A DNA stretch of 64,000 nt from NCBI GenBank assembly GCA_049324755.1, contig JBMOMZ010000067.1, positions 1,280-65,279 on the forward strand, written 5' to 3'. Source of the DNA: Pseudomonadota bacterium. GTDB taxonomy: Bacteria; Pseudomonadota; Gammaproteobacteria; Enterobacterales; Permianibacteraceae. Below are positions 30,409 through 38,852 of the stretch, piece after piece. Numbering within the stretch: position 1 is the first letter of the stretch; each line of letters starts with the position of its first letter. The notes under the pieces are model-generated. The model worked only from the letters and a program-made list of their open reading frames with translations, was not told the origin of the DNA and searched no databases. The translations under genes and the position numbers were made by a program.

Positions 30409-30759
30409 ATGTCCACCCTGATCACGATCCTGACCGTTTTCATCGCCCTCCAGCACCTCGGCTTCCTCGTGCTGGAAATGTGTTATTGGGATCACCCGGT
30501 CGGCCGCAGAATCTTCCGGCAAACGCCCGAGCAATCGGCCAATTCGAAAGTGCTGGCCGCCAATCAGGGGCTCTACAACGGCTTTCTCGCCGCCGGCTTG
30601 GTATTCGGCTTGTTCTGGGCTGGCCAGGCCACGCTGGTGTTCTTTCTGGCTTGCGTGCTGATTGCCGGCATCTACGGCGGCCTGACCGCCAAGCGCAGCA
30701 TTCTGTACGTGCAGGGCCTGCCGGCGGCGATTGCGCTAACTTTGGTTGGGCTGGCATGA
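30409..30759 (+). CDS. DUF1304-like small membrane protein
   Basis: 116 aa with four hydrophobic segments. Motifs [13 protein letters not shown] and [13 protein letters not shown]. Confidence 0.7.
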   Translation: MSTLITILTVFIALQHLGFLVLEMCYWDHPVGRRIFRQTPEQSANSKVLAANQGLYNGFLAAGLVFGLFWAGQATLVFFLACVLIAGIYGGLTAKRSILYVQGLPAAIALTLVGLA

Positions 30760-31202
30760 GTGACCCCATCCTGCCACCCATTGACGGCGCGTTGGAGATT
30801 TCCCGCGCGGTGCAACTGCCGCTGCGCGAAATCGAACTGACGGCGATGCGCTCGCAAGGTGCCGGTGGCCAGAACGTCAACAAGGTTTCCAGCGCCATCC
30901 ACCTGCGCTTCGATATCCGCGCCTCGTCACTGCCGGATTTCTACAAGGAGCGGCTGCTGGCGCTGTCCGATCAACGGATCAGCAAAGACGGCGTCGTGGT
31001 CATCAAGGCGCAGGAAACCCGCAGTCAGGAACAAAACCGCGCCGACGCGCTGGAGCGGCTGCAGGAACTGATCAAATCGGTTGGTGTCGTCCGCAAAACC
31101 CGCAAGGCCACCAAACCGACCCGCAGCTCACAAACCAAACGGATGGACAGCAAAACCAAACGCGGCAATATCAAGGCGATGCGCGGCAAACCGATCGAGT
31201 AG
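30756..31202 (+). CDS. arfB: alternative ribosome-rescue factor ArfB (peptidyl-tRNA hydrolase, class I RF domain)
   Basis: ATG 30756 overlaps the upstream stop (ATGA). It has a GGQ motif ([21 protein letters not shown]) and a basic C-terminal tail ([33 protein letters not shown]). 148 aa. Confidence 0.9.
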   Translation: MSDPILPPIDGALEISRAVQLPLREIELTAMRSQGAGGQNVNKVSSAIHLRFDIRASSLPDFYKERLLALSDQRISKDGVVVIKAQETRSQEQNRADALERLQELIKSVGVVRKTRKATKPTRSSQTKRMDSKTKRGNIKAMRGKPIE

Positions 31203-31240
31203 GGTGGGTCATGACCCACCGTGTTTTATTGCGCCCTACG
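31200..31240. repeat. REP-like element containing a perfect 18-bp palindrome
   Basis: tagggtgggtcatgacccacc gtgttttattgcgccctacg. ggtgggtcatgacccacc is self-complementary, and the gtaggg/ccctac ends pair. Confidence 0.6.
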
Positions 31241-31253
31241 CTTGATATCTTAG

Positions 31254-31763
31254 CTATACCTTCATGACTAGAAGACTTCTTTCACCAGAAAAATATTTTC
31301 CCCAGAAAACCCAAGTCGACATCAAATTCTCTACGATCTCAAATGTCAATCCTTGCCGGTTTGTAAAACTCCAAGCAAGTAGCTGGGGTGGTGCGTCCCA
31401 ATGATCACTCTGGCCTTTATCTCTCAAACACAGCTGATGGGAGTCTCTGGCGTTGTGCTTTAGCTCATTTGAATACAGTCTAACAATGTCAAGCGCCTGA
31501 CCTTCATCAGGGTAAATTGTTTTGATATGCGGAATGAGTAAGCTCCCCTTTTGATAGGAGAGTTCATCAGCAACCTTGTCAGTCACGTGGTTTATCGTCA
31601 GACATGCATTAACTAAATATCGATAGACTTGTACTGCTTGTGCCTTGTCTATGCTGGCGGTGGATTGGTGGATTCTGTAAAAGTCAGTGACATTTTTGTG
31701 TGCAATTTCTCGAAAGAAACCAAGCGGACTATTAAGGTTTAGTTCGTTCATATTGGTAGGCAT
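31254..31763 (-). CDS. hypothetical protein, low-GC orphan (possible DUF4145/HEPN-like motif)
   Basis: 169-aa ORF with no overlapping competitor. The local composition is AT-rich (31561-31620 hand count 23/60 G+C) inside high-GC DNA. An AT-rich upstream region lies at 31764-31810. Motif R95-x3-N99-x3-H103 (VRLYSNELKH). Confidence 0.6.
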   Translation of the reverse strand: MPTNMNELNLNSPLGFFREIAHKNVTDFYRIHQSTASIDKAQAVQVYRYLVNACLTINHVTDKVADELSYQKGSLLIPHIKTIYPDEGQALDIVRLYSNELKHNARDSHQLCLRDKGQSDHWDAPPQLLAWSFTNRQGLTFEIVENLMSTWVFWGKYFSGERSLLVMKV

Positions 31764-31825
31764 CCTGTTTTGTTGAACAATTTGTGGAGCAGTACCTAAA
31801 GAGCGTTGTGTCGCATTCAGCTAAT

Positions 31826-31860
31826 CCGGCGCAATGCGCTTCGCTTATTGACGCCCTACG
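31826..31860. repeat. REP-like hairpin ending in the ttattgacgccctacg repeat
   Basis: ccggcgcaat-gcgcttcgctt-attgacgcc imperfect hairpin. Its 3' 16 nt repeat the ttattgcgccctacg at 31226-31240. Confidence 0.55.
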
Positions 31861-31863
31861 ATT

Positions 31864-32709
31864 TCATTTACTCCACTCACAATCATCCAAAAACAAATCC
31901 GCACCGAGCCGGTCAGCGTTAGCCGGGTCATAAGCATAGTCGCGCAGTTCGGTGATGCCGATGTGCGCCAACGCCTGTTCATCCAGCAGAGCTTGGCCGG
32001 TATAGCTGGTCGGCTGCTCCAGAATGGCAATGGCCGCATCGGCCATGATCTCCGGCTTGCGGCACATGGCAAACGCATCTTTGCCCATCAGTGCGTGCTC
32101 GATGGCGGCGGTGGCGATAATGGTGCGCGGCCACAGGCAGTTGACGGCGATCTGGTGCGGTTTGAACTCTTCGGCCATGCCGAGGCTCAGCATGGTCATG
32201 CCGTATTTGCTTAGCGTGTAGGGGCCGTGCGCGGCCAGCCAGCGGGTGTCGAGGTTCAGCGGCGGCGACAAGCTCAGGATATGGGCGTGTGAGCTTTTCT
32301 TCAGGAACGGCAGCGCGGCGTGGGCGGTGAGATAAACGGCGCGGGCGTTGATGCTCAGCATCCGGTCGAATACGTTCGGCCTAGTGTCTTCGACATTGGT
32401 CAGGCTGATCGCGCCGGCATTGTTGACGATGATGTCGAGACCACCAAAGGTGTCGGCGGCTTGTTGCATCAGCGTGAATACCTGCGCGTGATCGCGCACG
32501 TCGATTTGCAGCGGCAGGGCTTTGGCGCCGAGCGCGCGGACTTCGTCGGCGACGGTGTGGATGGTGCCTTCCAGTTTCGGATGCGGCTCGGCGGTTTTGG
32601 CGGCGATGACGATATTGGCGCCACGCTTGGCGGCGGCGAGCGCGATCGCGCGGCCGATGCCGCGGCTGGCGCCGGTGATCAGGATGGTGCGGTTTTGCAG
32701 GTTGGACAT
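31864..32709 (-). CDS. SDR family oxidoreductase
   Basis: Trimmed to ATG (complement 32707-32709): MSNLQNRTILITGASRGIGRAIALAAAKRGANIVIAAKT... It has the TGxxxGxG and YTLSK (YxxxK) motifs. Confidence 0.85.
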   Translation of the reverse strand: MSNLQNRTILITGASRGIGRAIALAAAKRGANIVIAAKTAEPHPKLEGTIHTVADEVRALGAKALPLQIDVRDHAQVFTLMQQAADTFGGLDIIVNNAGAISLTNVEDTRPNVFDRMLSINARAVYLTAHAALPFLKKSSHAHILSLSPPLNLDTRWLAAHGPYTLSKYGMTMLSLGMAEEFKPHQIAVNCLWPRTIIATAAIEHALMGKDAFAMCRKPEIMADAAIAILEQPTSYTGQALLDEQALAHIGITELRDYAYDPANADRLGADLFLDDCEWSK

Positions 32710-32751
32710 TTGGCTATCCCTTTCTTGTTCGGTGAGCATTTTCTCGTAATT

Positions 32752-32866
32752 CCCCCCACCCCAACCCTCCCCCTGGCAGGGGAGGGAGTGGTCCCGTTCG
32801 TTCGTTCGCTGAGAGGCGAACCATACCGTCCCTCCCCTGTCAGGGGGAGGCTAGGTGGGGGCTTGG
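32752..32866. repeat. G/C-rich REP-like inverted repeat (family 1), compact copy
   Basis: ccccccaccccaaccctccccctggcaggggagggag, ~45-nt loop, ctcccctgtcagggggaggctaggtgggggc. The arms are ~32-nt imperfect reverse complements. Confidence 0.7.
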
Positions 32867-32893
32867 CCGAGCCAACGTTTGCAAATGGATTAC

Positions 32894-33106
32894 TCAATAA
32901 TGCGGCGGCGGTGGTTCCTGTTCCGGGGCCAGCGAGTCTGGCGAGTGCTGCAGGCTGATCAAATCGTCGCGCAGCCGTTGCAGCATTTTTTCCAGGTTGA
33001 TGATCTGCAGCTGCTGGGCGCGCAGCGCTTCGTCGAGTTCCAGAATGGTTTGTTCCTGGAATGCCAGCTTGGTTTGCAGATCGATGATCAGATCGTGATC
33101 GGTCAT
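32894..33106 (-). CDS. slyX: SlyX family protein
   Basis: 70-aa coiled-coil protein MTDHDLIIDLQTKLAFQEQTILELDEALRAQQLQIINLEKMLQRLRDDL... It forms the tail of track ORF 32894-33490, and its ATG overlaps the upstream gene stop (ATGA-type coupling). Confidence 0.75.
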   Translation of the reverse strand: MTDHDLIIDLQTKLAFQEQTILELDEALRAQQLQIINLEKMLQRLRDDLISLQHSPDSLAPEQEPPPPHY

Positions 33107-33594
33107 GCGTTCAGCTCCAGTGCTTTGGCGATGTCGGCGTCGATCTCTTCCGGTTTGGTCGCGGTGGCGTAGCGGGCGATGACCTTGCCATCGCGGCCGA
33201 CCAGAAACTTGGTGAAGTTCCATTTGATCGCTTCGGTGCCGAGAATGCCCGGCGCGGAGGATTTCAGGAACCGGTAGACCGGGTGCGTATTGTCGCCGTT
33301 GACATCGATTTTCTTGAACAGCGGGAAGGTGACATCGAAGGTTGTGCTGCAGAAGGTGGCAATGTCGGCGTCGGTACCGGGCTCTTGCGACAGAAACTGG
33401 TTGCACGGAAAACCAAGCACGGCAAAGCCTTTGTCTTTGTATTTGCGGTGCAGCGCTTCCAGCCCTTCGTATTGCGGGGTGTAGCCGCACTTGCTGGCGA
33501 CGTTGACCACCAGCACCACTTTGCCGGCGAATTCGCGCAGCGACACTTCGGTGCCGTTGTTGAGCAGGGCGGTGTGGTCATGCAGGGTGGTCAT
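33103..33594 (-). CDS. glutathione peroxidase
   Basis: 163 aa with motifs NVASKCGYTPQY, LGFPCNQF and WNFTKFLV. Confidence 0.9.
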   Translation of the reverse strand: MTTLHDHTALLNNGTEVSLREFAGKVVLVVNVASKCGYTPQYEGLEALHRKYKDKGFAVLGFPCNQFLSQEPGTDADIATFCSTTFDVTFPLFKKIDVNGDNTHPVYRFLKSSAPGILGTEAIKWNFTKFLVGRDGKVIARYATATKPEEIDADIAKALELNA

Positions 33595-33743
33595 GGCGGG
33601 CCTCGATTGGGTTGAACAAGGGTTGGGTGACTGGCAAGTCTGTGGAAACGGTACGTTACCAGATTGGCACGACCAGTTGGCTTAGCAAAGCGGGTGGGAT
33701 TTGTTACGCTCCCGGTTCCCGCATCGTAACGCCTTCCGATTCC

Positions 33744-35201
33744 ATGAAGCCGATTGTTTCCCTGCTTTCCCTGAGCTTGTCCGCCCTGCTGGCCGCCGTG
33801 TCGTTCGCCAACCCGGCACATGCCGCCGACGCGCTGTTCAGCGAGCGCGAGCTGCAAACCGCCGCCTGGATCCGTGATGCCGCCGGTGACGACAACAAGT
33901 CCTACGCCATTGTCGAATCACTGACCACCGAGGTCGGCCCGCGCATGGCCGGTACCGAAGCCGATCTGCGTGCCGTGGCCTGGGCCGAGGCCAAGTTCAA
34001 GGAGCTCGGTTTCGACAGGGTCTGGAAGGAGCCGGTGACTTTCCCGACCTGGCAGCGCGGCGCCGAGCGTGCCGAGGTGCTGGCACCGTTTCCGCAGCCG
34101 CTGGTGATCACGGCGCTGGGCGGTTCGGTGGCGACGCCAGCCGGTGGCCTGCAGGCGGAAATCGTCGGTTTTGCCAGCCTTGAGGCGCTCAAGGCGGCGC
34201 CGGCCGAACAGGTCGCCGGCAAGATCGCGTTCATCAACCGGCACATGGACGCGCACCGCGATGGCCGAGATTACGGTCCGGCCGTGGGCGCCCGCAGCAA
34301 TGGCGCAGTCGAGGCGGCACGCAAGGGCGCGGTGGGTCTCGTGATCCGCTCGGTCGGCACCGATTCCGACCGGCTCGCCCACACCGGCACCATGCGTTAC
34401 GACGCCGGCGTCATCAAGATCCCGGCGGCAGCGCTGTCGGTGCCCGATGCCGATCTGCTGGCCAACATGCTCAAGCGCGGCAAGCCGGTGACGCTGAAAC
34501 TGGAGATCGGTGCGCAACCGGGGCCGATGTTCACCTCCTACAACGTCATTGGCGAAATCACCGGTACCGAACGGCCACATGAGTACGTCCTGATCGGCGG
34601 CCACCTGGACTCCTGGGATCTCGGCACCGGTGCAGTCGATGATGGCGCCGGCTGTGCCATCACGATGGCGGCAGCCGAATTTCTGAACCGGCATGGTCTG
34701 AAACCGAAACGCAGCATTCGGGTGGTGCTGTTTGCCAACGAAGAGCAGGGCCTGTATGGCGGCAACCAATACCGCGATGCCCATGCCAAGGAGATCAAGA
34801 AAATCCAGGCCGCGGCCGAAGCGGATTTTGGTCAAGGCCCGGTGTACCAGCTGCACTCGCGGGTCAAACCAGAAGCGCTGCCGCTGGTCAAACAGATGCA
34901 GCAAGTGTTGGCGCCGCTCGGTGTTGAGCCCGGCGGTAACGATGCTTTCGCCGGCCCGGATCTGCGCGCGCTGATCATGTCAGGCACCGCTGCGTTCGGT
35001 TTGGCGCTCGATGGCCTGGATTATTTTGACCTGCACCACACCGCCAACGATACCTTCGACAAAATCGAACCGGCGCGGATCAACCAGAGTACGGCTGTCT
35101 ACGCGACGTGGGCCTGGCTTGCAGCCAATGCGCCGAGCGATTTCGGTTCCGGCAGCGACTACCTGCTGGGCAAAATCAAGGCCGAGCAACGCGGCGACTG
35201 A
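33744..35201 (+). CDS. M28 family metallopeptidase (secreted aminopeptidase-like)
   Basis: Trimmed to ATG 33744, signal peptide MKPIVSLLSLSLSALLAAVSFANPAHA. Zinc-ligand motifs GGHLDSWDLGTGAVDDGAG and FANEEQGLYGG, then a late HHTANDTFD. Confidence 0.85.
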   Translation: MKPIVSLLSLSLSALLAAVSFANPAHAADALFSERELQTAAWIRDAAGDDNKSYAIVESLTTEVGPRMAGTEADLRAVAWAEAKFKELGFDRVWKEPVTFPTWQRGAERAEVLAPFPQPLVITALGGSVATPAGGLQAEIVGFASLEALKAAPAEQVAGKIAFINRHMDAHRDGRDYGPAVGARSNGAVEAARKGAVGLVIRSVGTDSDRLAHTGTMRYDAGVIKIPAAALSVPDADLLANMLKRGKPVTLKLEIGAQPGPMFTSYNVIGEITGTERPHEYVLIGGHLDSWDLGTGAVDDGAGCAITMAAAEFLNRHGLKPKRSIRVVLFANEEQGLYGGNQYRDAHAKEIKKIQAAAEADFGQGPVYQLHSRVKPEALPLVKQMQQVLAPLGVEPGGNDAFAGPDLRALIMSGTAAFGLALDGLDYFDLHHTANDTFDKIEPARINQSTAVYATWAWLAANAPSDFGSGSDYLLGKIKAEQRGD

Positions 35202-35265
35202 GCGCGTATAAGCGCCTCGCTGGCACCGATTCGCGGATACAGATACCACAGACAGGAAAACGACC

Positions 35266-36033
35266 ATGACTGGCAGCATTCACTACGAGGTCCGCGACCG
35301 GATCGCCCATCTGGTGATCAACCGGCCGGACAAGCGCAATGCGCTGACCACGCAGATGTACTTGCAATTGACCGCTTATCTCGCCGAAGCCGAGCACGAC
35401 GCCACGGTGCGGGTCATTTTGTTCCGTGGTGAAGGCGGCCATTTCTCCGCTGGCAACGATCTGGCCGATTTTCTCAACCAACCGCCGATCGATGCCGACA
35501 GTCCGGTGATGAAGTTCCTGTTTGCGGTGGCCAGCGCGCACAAGCCGCTGGTGGCGGCTGTCGAAGGTGTGGCCGTCGGTATTGGCACCACGCTGCTGCT
35601 GCATTGCGATCTCAGCTATGCCGCGCGCGATGCCAAACTCAGTTTGCCGTTCGTCAACTTGGGGTTGGTGCCGGAGGCGGCATCGAGTTTGTTGTTGCCG
35701 CAACTGTGTGGCCATGCCCGTGCCGCCGAGCTGCTGTTGCTCGGCGAACCCTTCAGCGCCGATACGGCGAAGGATTGCGGCATCATCACGGCGGTGACCG
35801 GGGTTGGTGAAGCACTGGCGACCGCCGAGCTTGCCGCGCGCAAACTGGCAGCAAAACCGCCGGCCGCACTGCGCGCCAGCAAAGCGCTGCTGAAACGACA
35901 CCTGAGAGGTGCGGTATCCGATACCTTGCTGGTGGAAGCCACCGAATTTCGCGAGCGTTTGCAGAGCCCTGAAGCAAAAGAAGCGTTCAAGGCCTTTCTG
36001 GAAAAGCGGGCGCCGGATTTTTCAAAGTTCTGA
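35266..36033 (+). CDS. enoyl-CoA hydratase/isomerase family protein
   Basis: 255 aa with crotonase-fold motifs (INRPDKRNAL, FSAGNDLADF, VAAVEGVAVGIGTTLLLHCD). Confidence 0.85.
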   Translation: MTGSIHYEVRDRIAHLVINRPDKRNALTTQMYLQLTAYLAEAEHDATVRVILFRGEGGHFSAGNDLADFLNQPPIDADSPVMKFLFAVASAHKPLVAAVEGVAVGIGTTLLLHCDLSYAARDAKLSLPFVNLGLVPEAASSLLLPQLCGHARAAELLLLGEPFSADTAKDCGIITAVTGVGEALATAELAARKLAAKPPAALRASKALLKRHLRGAVSDTLLVEATEFRERLQSPEAKEAFKAFLEKRAPDFSKF

Positions 36034-36067
36034 GCGGGAGTGCTGGCGGGCGCTGGTGAGCCGCAAC

Positions 36068-36097
36068 AAAAAAGCGAGTCGACGACTCGCTTTTTTT
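36068..36097. terminator. bidirectional terminator
   Basis: aaaaaa-gcgagtc-gac-gactcgc-ttttttt between convergent genes. Confidence 0.8.
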
Positions 36098-36233
36098 ATT
36101 TGCCCAGCTTGGCGGACGCGGGGGAGGTTGGCTGGTCGGTGCCAGCAGCTTCGCGCTTGCGACGCAATGACAAAGCGTCGGAGTGGTGTTGCTGGCGTTT
36201 TTGCAGAATGTTCAACAAACGATGGGAAATCAT
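36096..36233 (-). CDS. small basic protein (45 aa); possibly the family annotated as PA3496-like envelope integrity protein
   Basis: Internal ATG (complement 36231-36233) is preceded by gaagga 4 nt upstream: MISHRLLNILQKRQQHHSDALSLRRKREAAGTDQPTSPASAKLGK. The longer 80-aa version runs through AT-richer, non-coding-looking DNA. The family name is from memory only. Confidence 0.4.
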   Translation of the reverse strand: MISHRLLNILQKRQQHHSDALSLRRKREAAGTDQPTSPASAKLGK

Positions 36234-36363
36234 AAATCCTTCAAAGGTGTGTGGCACTTGCGCGCCGGTAGTTTCACTATAGACCGCGATAATGAAGTTT
36301 GCATGACGCACCGGCCTGCTGCCTCGGTCATTTCGCATGTCCGTTGCAGCGTGCCAGTGGATA

Positions 36364-36392
36364 TGGGACCGGTTTGGTAGGAATCAAGTTCC
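36364..36392 (-). promoter_or_regulatory. candidate sigma-E/AlgU-type promoter for the small basic protein gene
   Basis: The minus strand reads GGAACTT-gattcctaccaaaccgg(17)-TCCCA, immediately downstream of the stop of the 153-aa gene. Confidence 0.35.
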
Positions 36393-36407
36393 CGCGCGGT
36401 TACGGGA

Positions 36408-36869
36408 TCAGGCCACCCGGAACTGCTGCCCGGTCTGGTTATTGGTGCGCAGCTGGGTTTCGACGAACAGCGCTTTCATGTGATCCGGCACATTCAGGCC
36501 CTGGCCGCCAAACACCAGTAACTTGCGTTGCGGGCTGCGGTCGGCCACCAGGCGGCGCAGCAGCGCCCAGGTCGAGACGATCTTGAATTCGTCACGCAGG
36601 TTTTCGAACAGATACACCGCGAAATGCGGCCGGCTGACGATGTGCTGCAGTGCCTGTTCAAACGTCGCCGTGTTTGGCACGACGATATGCGGCATGTCGA
36701 TGCGGGAGAGGCCGCGCCCCGGCTCCCAGACATAGCAGGCACGCGAGGTAAAGTCGTTGTAGCGGAGCAGTTCGTCGCGCAGCAGCGCGGTGTTGTCACA
36801 ATGCAGATCCAGCGCGTTGTGGCCAGCGCTGAGCGCCATTTCCAGCATGTTGCGCAGATTCGACATCAT
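36408..36869 (-). CDS. hypothetical protein co-transcribed with the diguanylate cyclase
   Basis: 153-aa ORF, 36 nt downstream of the GGDEF gene, with high-GC codon usage. The sequence CYVWEPGRGLSRID...FEQALQHIV...AVYLFENLRDEF...RKLLVFGGQGLNVPDHMKALFVETQL recalls, from memory, the non-ATPase N-domain of a ~500-aa AAA+ family. Confidence 0.6.
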   Translation of the reverse strand: MMSNLRNMLEMALSAGHNALDLHCDNTALLRDELLRYNDFTSRACYVWEPGRGLSRIDMPHIVVPNTATFEQALQHIVSRPHFAVYLFENLRDEFKIVSTWALLRRLVADRSPQRKLLVFGGQGLNVPDHMKALFVETQLRTNNQTGQQFRVA

Positions 36870-36905
36870 TGCCTCCCGGATTTGCCGGCAGGCAAACCCT
36901 TATCG

Positions 36906-37808
36906 TCATGCGGCCACGTGCACCCGGTTACGTCCTTCATCTTTGGCGCGATACAGCGCGCGATCCGCCAGTTCAAGCAGTTGCTCGCTGCTGGCGTTGC
37001 GCTGGTAACCGGTCAGGCCCGAGCTGATGGTCACATTGATGACATTGTCATTGCAGCGAACTGGAGCACATTCAATGGCAGCGCGCAGGCGTTCGGCCAG
37101 AATTGCGGCGGACTTCACATCGGTGTTGCGCAGCAGGATCACGAACTCATCACCGCCGTACCGGAACACGGCATCGGAGCTGCGGGTCAGTTCGGTCAGG
37201 CGCTTGGCGACAACCCGCAGGGCTTCGTCGCCGGCAGCATGGCCGAACCGGTCGTTGATGGATTTGAAGTGGTCGATGTCGATCAGCAACAGGCTGAACG
37301 GGCCGCCGTGGCGCTGGGCAAGGCCCAGTTCGGTCGTCAGGGTCTGCTCCAGCGCCGCCCGGTTGCCAACACCGGTCAGCGCATCCTGACGGGCCGCGCG
37401 CAGCGCCTCACGGTAGAGCAGGGCATTACGCAGCGGGTAGCCGAGCAGGGACAGGCTGGTTTCGATGATGAGCAGTTCGGCGTCGGCGAACGGCTGCTGG
37501 CGCGACAGGCGCAGATCGCCCAGCGGTTGTTGGCCGATTTCCAGCTGGTATTGCGCCTGATGGCGGCCGGCGGCACCGTGCTTGAACTGGGTCTGGCCCC
37601 GCACCGCAAAGCTCAGTTCGTCGACGCCGACCAGCTTGGTCAGGTTGTCGAGGTAAGTGCTCAGCACCTCGGCCAGATCGAGGCTGCGTGGCAGCTCACG
37701 TGCCAGCCGGGTGCACAGGTCTTCCAGCCGCTCGATCGCCGCCGGCAGTTGCCGGAAATGCGCCGCGGCCGGCAGACCAATGACTTTGCGCAAGGTGGGG
37801 CTGGACAT
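36906..37808 (-). CDS. diguanylate cyclase (GAF-like N-domain + GGDEF)
   Basis: Trimmed to ATG (complement 37806-37808). Motifs DALTGVGNRAALEQ, LLLIDIDHFKSINDRFGHAAGDEALR, the RYGGDEF active site, and an RxxD-type I-site candidate (RSSD) upstream of GGDEF. Confidence 0.9.
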   Translation of the reverse strand: MSSPTLRKVIGLPAAAHFRQLPAAIERLEDLCTRLARELPRSLDLAEVLSTYLDNLTKLVGVDELSFAVRGQTQFKHGAAGRHQAQYQLEIGQQPLGDLRLSRQQPFADAELLIIETSLSLLGYPLRNALLYREALRAARQDALTGVGNRAALEQTLTTELGLAQRHGGPFSLLLIDIDHFKSINDRFGHAAGDEALRVVAKRLTELTRSSDAVFRYGGDEFVILLRNTDVKSAAILAERLRAAIECAPVRCNDNVINVTISSGLTGYQRNASSEQLLELADRALYRAKDEGRNRVHVAA

Positions 37809-38070
37809 CGCTTTCACTCCGGAGCACGGCAACGACCCGACTGACGACCGACAGCGTGGCGTTGCCCGGTTCGCTGTCACGAACGGTGTTAGCGAGAACC
37901 GTGCCAGGGTTCAGAATAAAAATTGGCGCATTATAAATCAACGATTTATTAACGGAATGAGGTGCATTCTTTGAAGCAGGTCAGGGTTTTGACAGAGAAC
38001 CGGCAGCCAGTTGGCTGCCGGTGTCGGGAAAAAGCCGGGAATTTGGCACAAAACAGCCGTGCAAATTGGC

Positions 38071-38817
38071 CTATTGCGCGTCAACGGATTGACCGTGGAC
38101 CTCGCGGCTGTCGGGCCCGAGCAGCCACAGGTAGCTCGGCAGGATGTCTTCCGGTGTTTTCAGTTTGCTGGCGTCTTCGGCCGGGAAAGCGGCGGCGCGC
38201 ATCTTGGTGCGGGTGCCGCCTGGGTTGATGCAATTGACCCGGATATTGGAGTTCTCGTCGAGCTCGTCGGCGAGCACCTGCATCATGCCTTCGGTGGCGA
38301 ACTTGGATACCGCATAGGCGCCCCAGAACGCTTTGCCTTTGCGGCCGACGCCACTGCTGGTGAACAGCACCGAGGCATCGCTGGAGGCTTTCAGCAGCGG
38401 CATCAGGCTCTGGGTCAGCAGGAACGCCGCGTTGACGTTGATTTGCATCACTTCCAGCCAGACATTCGGTGCGTAGTGCTCGATGGGCGCCCGCTCGCCA
38501 AGCACGGCGGCGTTGTGCAACAGGCCGTCGAGCCGACCGAATTCCTGTTGCAGCGTTTGCGCGAGGCCAACGGTGTCGTCCGGGGTAACGGTCAGCAGGT
38601 TCATCGGCACGATGGCCGGCTGGGCGCCACCGGCGGCGACAATCGCGTCGTAAACCGCTTCCAGTTTTTTCTGCTGACGGCCGAGCAGGATGACCGTCGC
38701 GCCGTGTTTGGCGCAACCGAGCGCGACGGTTTTGCCGATGCCATCACCGGCGCCGGTGATCAGGATGACGCGATCGTTCAAGGCGTCGGCGGCGGGTTGG
38801 TAGTGTTTGTGATCCAT
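38071..38817 (-). CDS. yciK: YciK family SDR oxidoreductase
   Basis: Trimmed to ATG (complement 38815-38817): MDHKHYQPAADALNDRVILITGAGDGIGKTVAL... It has a YAVSK catalytic motif. 248 aa. Synteny with ubiG and the HAD phosphatase. Confidence 0.85.
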   Translation of the reverse strand: MDHKHYQPAADALNDRVILITGAGDGIGKTVALGCAKHGATVILLGRQQKKLEAVYDAIVAAGGAQPAIVPMNLLTVTPDDTVGLAQTLQQEFGRLDGLLHNAAVLGERAPIEHYAPNVWLEVMQINVNAAFLLTQSLMPLLKASSDASVLFTSSGVGRKGKAFWGAYAVSKFATEGMMQVLADELDENSNIRVNCINPGGTRTKMRAAAFPAEDASKLKTPEDILPSYLWLLGPDSREVHGQSVDAQ

Positions 38818-38852
38818 GAGCAGTTCCTGCGCGTGCGGGTTTTCAATCGACG

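Noticed and set aside
30119-30421. Short ORFs across REP-like elements (30119-30421 +, 32679-32897 -, 49383-49685 -, 32855-33172 +)
   Set aside because: Their translations (PLTGEG..., PRGGGGGERG...) derive from the palindromic C/G tracts. They lack RBS and start context and duplicate each other only because the DNA repeat is duplicated.
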